The notes under the pieces were generated by a model. It worked only from the letters and a program-made list of their open reading frames with translations, was not told the origin of the DNA and did no database searches. A stretch of 64,000 bases of DNA from Chiloscyllium plagiosum. Lineage: Eukaryota. The position numbers and the translations under genes are program-made. The stretch covers positions 80,016,566-80,080,565 of the forward strand of contig NC_057711.1 in NCBI RefSeq assembly GCF_004010195.1, written 5' to 3'. Shown here in pieces: positions 60,865 to 64,000 of this stretch (within the stretch, counting starts at the first letter, position 1; each line of letters starts with the position of its first letter).

Positions 60865-61960
60865 TACTTTTAGTATCTGTTTACAATATCTGTTAATGAC
60901 TTGGAAGAAGAAAGCAAATGTACTGTAGCCAAATTTTGCAGATGACTCAAAAAATAAGTGAAAAAGCAGTTTGGGAGAGGGATGTAGTTTACAGAGAGAT
61001 ATTGATAGATTAGATAAGTGGGCAAGAAATTGGCAAATGGAGCATAATGTGAAACAATGAGAAGTTTTTTTTTATTTTGGAAGGGAGTACAAAGAACAGC
61101 ATATTATTTAAATGAAGAAAAACTGTAGAAAGCAACAACACAAAGAGACTTGGGGAGTATTTGTGCCTGAAACTTAGAGAGCCAGCACACAGATGCAGCA
61201 AGTAATCAGAAAGCCTAATGGAATATAAGCCCTTATTTCAAAGAGATTGGAGTATAAGAGTAGGGAAGTCTTAATGCAACTGTGCAAGTGCTAGTGTAAC
61301 CACACCTGGAATATTGTGAACAGGTTTGGTCCCCTTATTTATAGGAAAGATATTATTTCATTGGAGGTAGTTCAGAGAAGTTTCACTTGGATGATGCCAG
61401 GTATGGACGGATTGTCTTGTAAGTAAAGGTTAAACGGGCTGACATTTCATTCAATGGAGTTTAGAAGAATAAGAGGTGACCTCATTGAAACATATAGGAA
61501 TCATAGAATCATAGAATCGCAACAGTGTTGAAACAGGTCATTTGGCCCAACAAGTCCACAACAATCCTTCGAATTTAGCTTGGCCAATTCACCTAACCTG
61601 CACCTCTTTGGAATCTTAAGGGGTTTGTTAGGATGAATGCTGAGAGGACATTTCCCCTCATGGGAAGGTCTAGGACAAGATGTCATAGTCTCAGAATTAA
61701 GGGGTGATAATTTATGAATGAGATGAGGATTTCCCTCTCAGAAATCTTTGGACACCTTGCCATTGAGGGTTGCGGGGTAGAGCCCTTGTGAATATTTAAG
61801 GCAGAAGAAGATAGATTATTGATCAATTGGGGAATCAGGGATTATGGGGACAGGTAGGAAAGTATGGTGAGGAATATCAGATCAGCCATGATCCAATTGA
61901 ATGGCAGAGCATATTCAAAGGTTTGAATAGCCTACTCCTATTCCTATTTTGTTGGTCTTT
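60865..61960 (+). mobile_element. CR1 LINE 3' fragment with a nested, internally deleted HE1 piece (~61500-61611, - strand)
   Basis: gccaaattttgcagatgactcaaa (KFADD region); WARNWQM; HLEYC; tttagaagaataagaggtgacctcattgaaac. Confidence 0.88.
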
Positions 61961-62431
61961 TCTCAAGCCGATTCTATCTATCCACTTCATAATTTTAAAT
62001 ACCTCTATTATGTCAAGGATTTCAAGGTAAAACAGCAAAACTATCAGCATGTTAATATGATAGAAATTGGTGAGTTTTAAAAAATTTAACCTATTTTTGT
62101 AAACAACCTGTCCGTAATGTAATTACACACCTTGGGAAGCAAGTGGGATTTGAACCTAGGCCTCCCAGTCACTACCATTGCAACACAAGAGGCCCCCTGA
62201 GTGAGCATTTATTTCTGGAAACAAAAATTCATTCAGTGTTTTGCTAAGACTTGAGCTGATGATTAATTATTACGTTAACATTCATTGCAGTGTTACTGAG
62301 ATTGCCCAATAAAGTTTGCCAACAATACTAAACTGCTTGGATTCATTATAGGTAGTTGGTGAACAGCATTCCAATTGCTTGTCTGTGTGTGCTAATTCCA
62401 CATTGCCAAAATATTATTGATGAAACAATTG

Positions 62432-62540
62432 GACCCGAAATGATTTCTCTCCACAGATGCTGCCAGACCTGCTGAACTTTTGCAGCATTTTTAGGTTTTG
62501 TTTTTCATTTCCAGCACCCACGGCTTTTTTTTGTTTTTAT
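62432..62540 (+). mobile_element. PLE-derived short terminal repeat (second subfamily, partial)
   Basis: ggacccgaaa...ctctccacagatgctgccagacctgctga...tttccagcac; homologous to 24290-24385. Confidence 0.7.
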
Positions 62541-63044
62541 TATTGATGAATATTGACATTTCAGTGTATATGTATTTCATTCTTGAGCTCTCAATGCATA
62601 ACTGCCTTTTCACAAACATAATCAATTCTTCAGCCAGCTAAACAGATTTAAAATCATATGTTTCAGTGCATCCTCTTAAATCTATGGAATAATTTAAATA
62701 TTTTTCAAAGTTGTGCGAAGTTTAATGAATGTTTTGAGGAATGTCTATGACAGACAAAGCCTTTGCGGAAACCTAATTCTCCTGACCCTAACCTTTGAAT
62801 GAAATACAAAATAAATATTTAGAAATCAAAGGCAATAAAGGAACATATTTTTGCACGGGATGTCCTGCTTACCCTTATAAGTAACCATACTGTCTCAGAA
62901 ATACCTTTATACCCTCAGTTTCTGCAGCTCTGCTGTTATGAAAGTGGAGTGTAGAAACCTACAAGAAAATTTAGTCACAGAATATACTAGAGAACTCAGC
63001 CACACATTACATCATGTTCTATTCTAAAGTTAATGAGTATTTCT

Positions 63045-63430
63045 GAAAAAAAAGTCACAATTTGTCAAAGCCTTCTATTTTATCCTCATCAGGACAGTTA
63101 GGAAGAATTACCAATAAAAGGGAAAACCAACATTGATATGGCATGAAAGGAGAGTGCTGATTGGTTAGCAAGTGGCAATAAATGAACCAGCTCCTGGCTG
63201 TCACCCAGTTTGTCAAGATGAAACAGGCACAGTGCATGTACATGTGGTTCATTTGATGCACTTGCTATCACAGTCCTGACCAATCTGAGTCAACTGATCT
63301 GATTTAAAATCTAAATAAACCTTGGTAGTTAATTGTCATTTATCATTCACTGCAGTACTCTCCATTGCACAGCATCTACCAATCAGAGTCAACTTGCCAA
63401 CCAATTACCACCCTCCTCTCATACAAATCA
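63045..63430 (-). repeat. Interspersed repeat with internal inverted repeat and degenerate hammerhead-like core
   Basis: Minus strand gtc-CTGATGA-ggataaaata-GAAG-gctttgac at ~63063-63096; inverted repeat ~63142-63172 versus ~63392-63423. Confidence 0.4.
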
Positions 63431-64000
63431 TTGCTCCATTTTTGCCATCAGTACTGAACTCCACATAGCCAGGAGTTTGGCTTCAGCTTCCATCTAAAAT
63501 GTGAAGAATGCAATGTGATGGGTCTGTCGTTAGTGAGGGGAGGGATGGTGCTTTCAGGACCAGTGCAGTTTTGCTGAGAGGCTGGCAGGACACAAGTATG
63601 CTGAGGTTGATAGGAGATGTGGAAATCCTGGAGTGAGTGGGATGGAGTCAGTACCAGCAGAGAAAAAGGGTAGTGTTAGGTCTGGTGAGGGGTTTTGTCA
63701 GGTCTGGCAGTGGAATGGTGTTGAGTTTATAAATTTACAATGATGAGTCCTCCAACAACAATGATGTACCTTTTATATTTCTTATCCTCCCATTCTAGGG
63801 ATTACAGCTAGGGTGAAGTGCACCTGCCTAACAGTGCAGACCATTGGGCTTGGAGCTTTCGTGGGTGACGACAGGGACTTTCTGTCCACAGGGTCCAAAC
63901 ATGCTGAGTGTGTCCTGCCCAGAAAAAGAAGGTGCACCCTTCGGCAGGGCTAGGGGTGATAGGCAGGTGGAAGGACACATCTGAGTATTGTGAGAAGGGA

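Noticed and set aside
1..64000. Host protein-coding gene from the six-frame ORF track
   Set aside because: All recognisable ORFs are frameshifted transposon fragments or antisense reads of them. The rest are short, have no motif I recognise, and form no consistent exon chain.

Overview
Repeat-dense, AT-rich vertebrate genomic DNA, almost certainly from a cartilaginous fish. The HE1 SINEs, a SacSINE1/DeuSINE copy and the CR1 subfamilies point to a shark; a carpet shark is my inference. I could not recognise any intact host protein-coding gene, rRNA, tRNA gene or CRISPR array. The recognisable ORFs are broken pieces of transposable elements and the rest look like chance ORFs. Mobile content: many CR1 LINE fragments; L2, RTE-like and Rex1/Babar LINE fragments; an unassigned APE-RT LINE that carries a tRNA-like SINE head; three GIY-YIG Penelope-like elements (PLEs) of two clades; about a dozen short PLE-derived terminal repeats, several palindromic and with clear target-site duplications (TSDs); PIF/Harbinger relics (spliced Myb/SANT ORF2 and HARBI1-like transposase); a Gypsy gag relic; a solo LTR; and two Tc1/pogo-type MITEs. 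The most interesting signal is a set of minimal hammerhead-ribozyme cores (CUGANGA...GAAA-NN-UH) in the PLE termini and in their short non-coding derivatives, best preserved at 34922-34956. Other notable structure: a 225-bp fold-back hairpin, deeply nested insertions, two apparent local duplications, and repeat-free motif-rich islands that may be conserved non-coding elements of a gene desert or large intron. Family names come from by-eye motif recognition, not database searches. Boundaries without a stated TSD are approximate.
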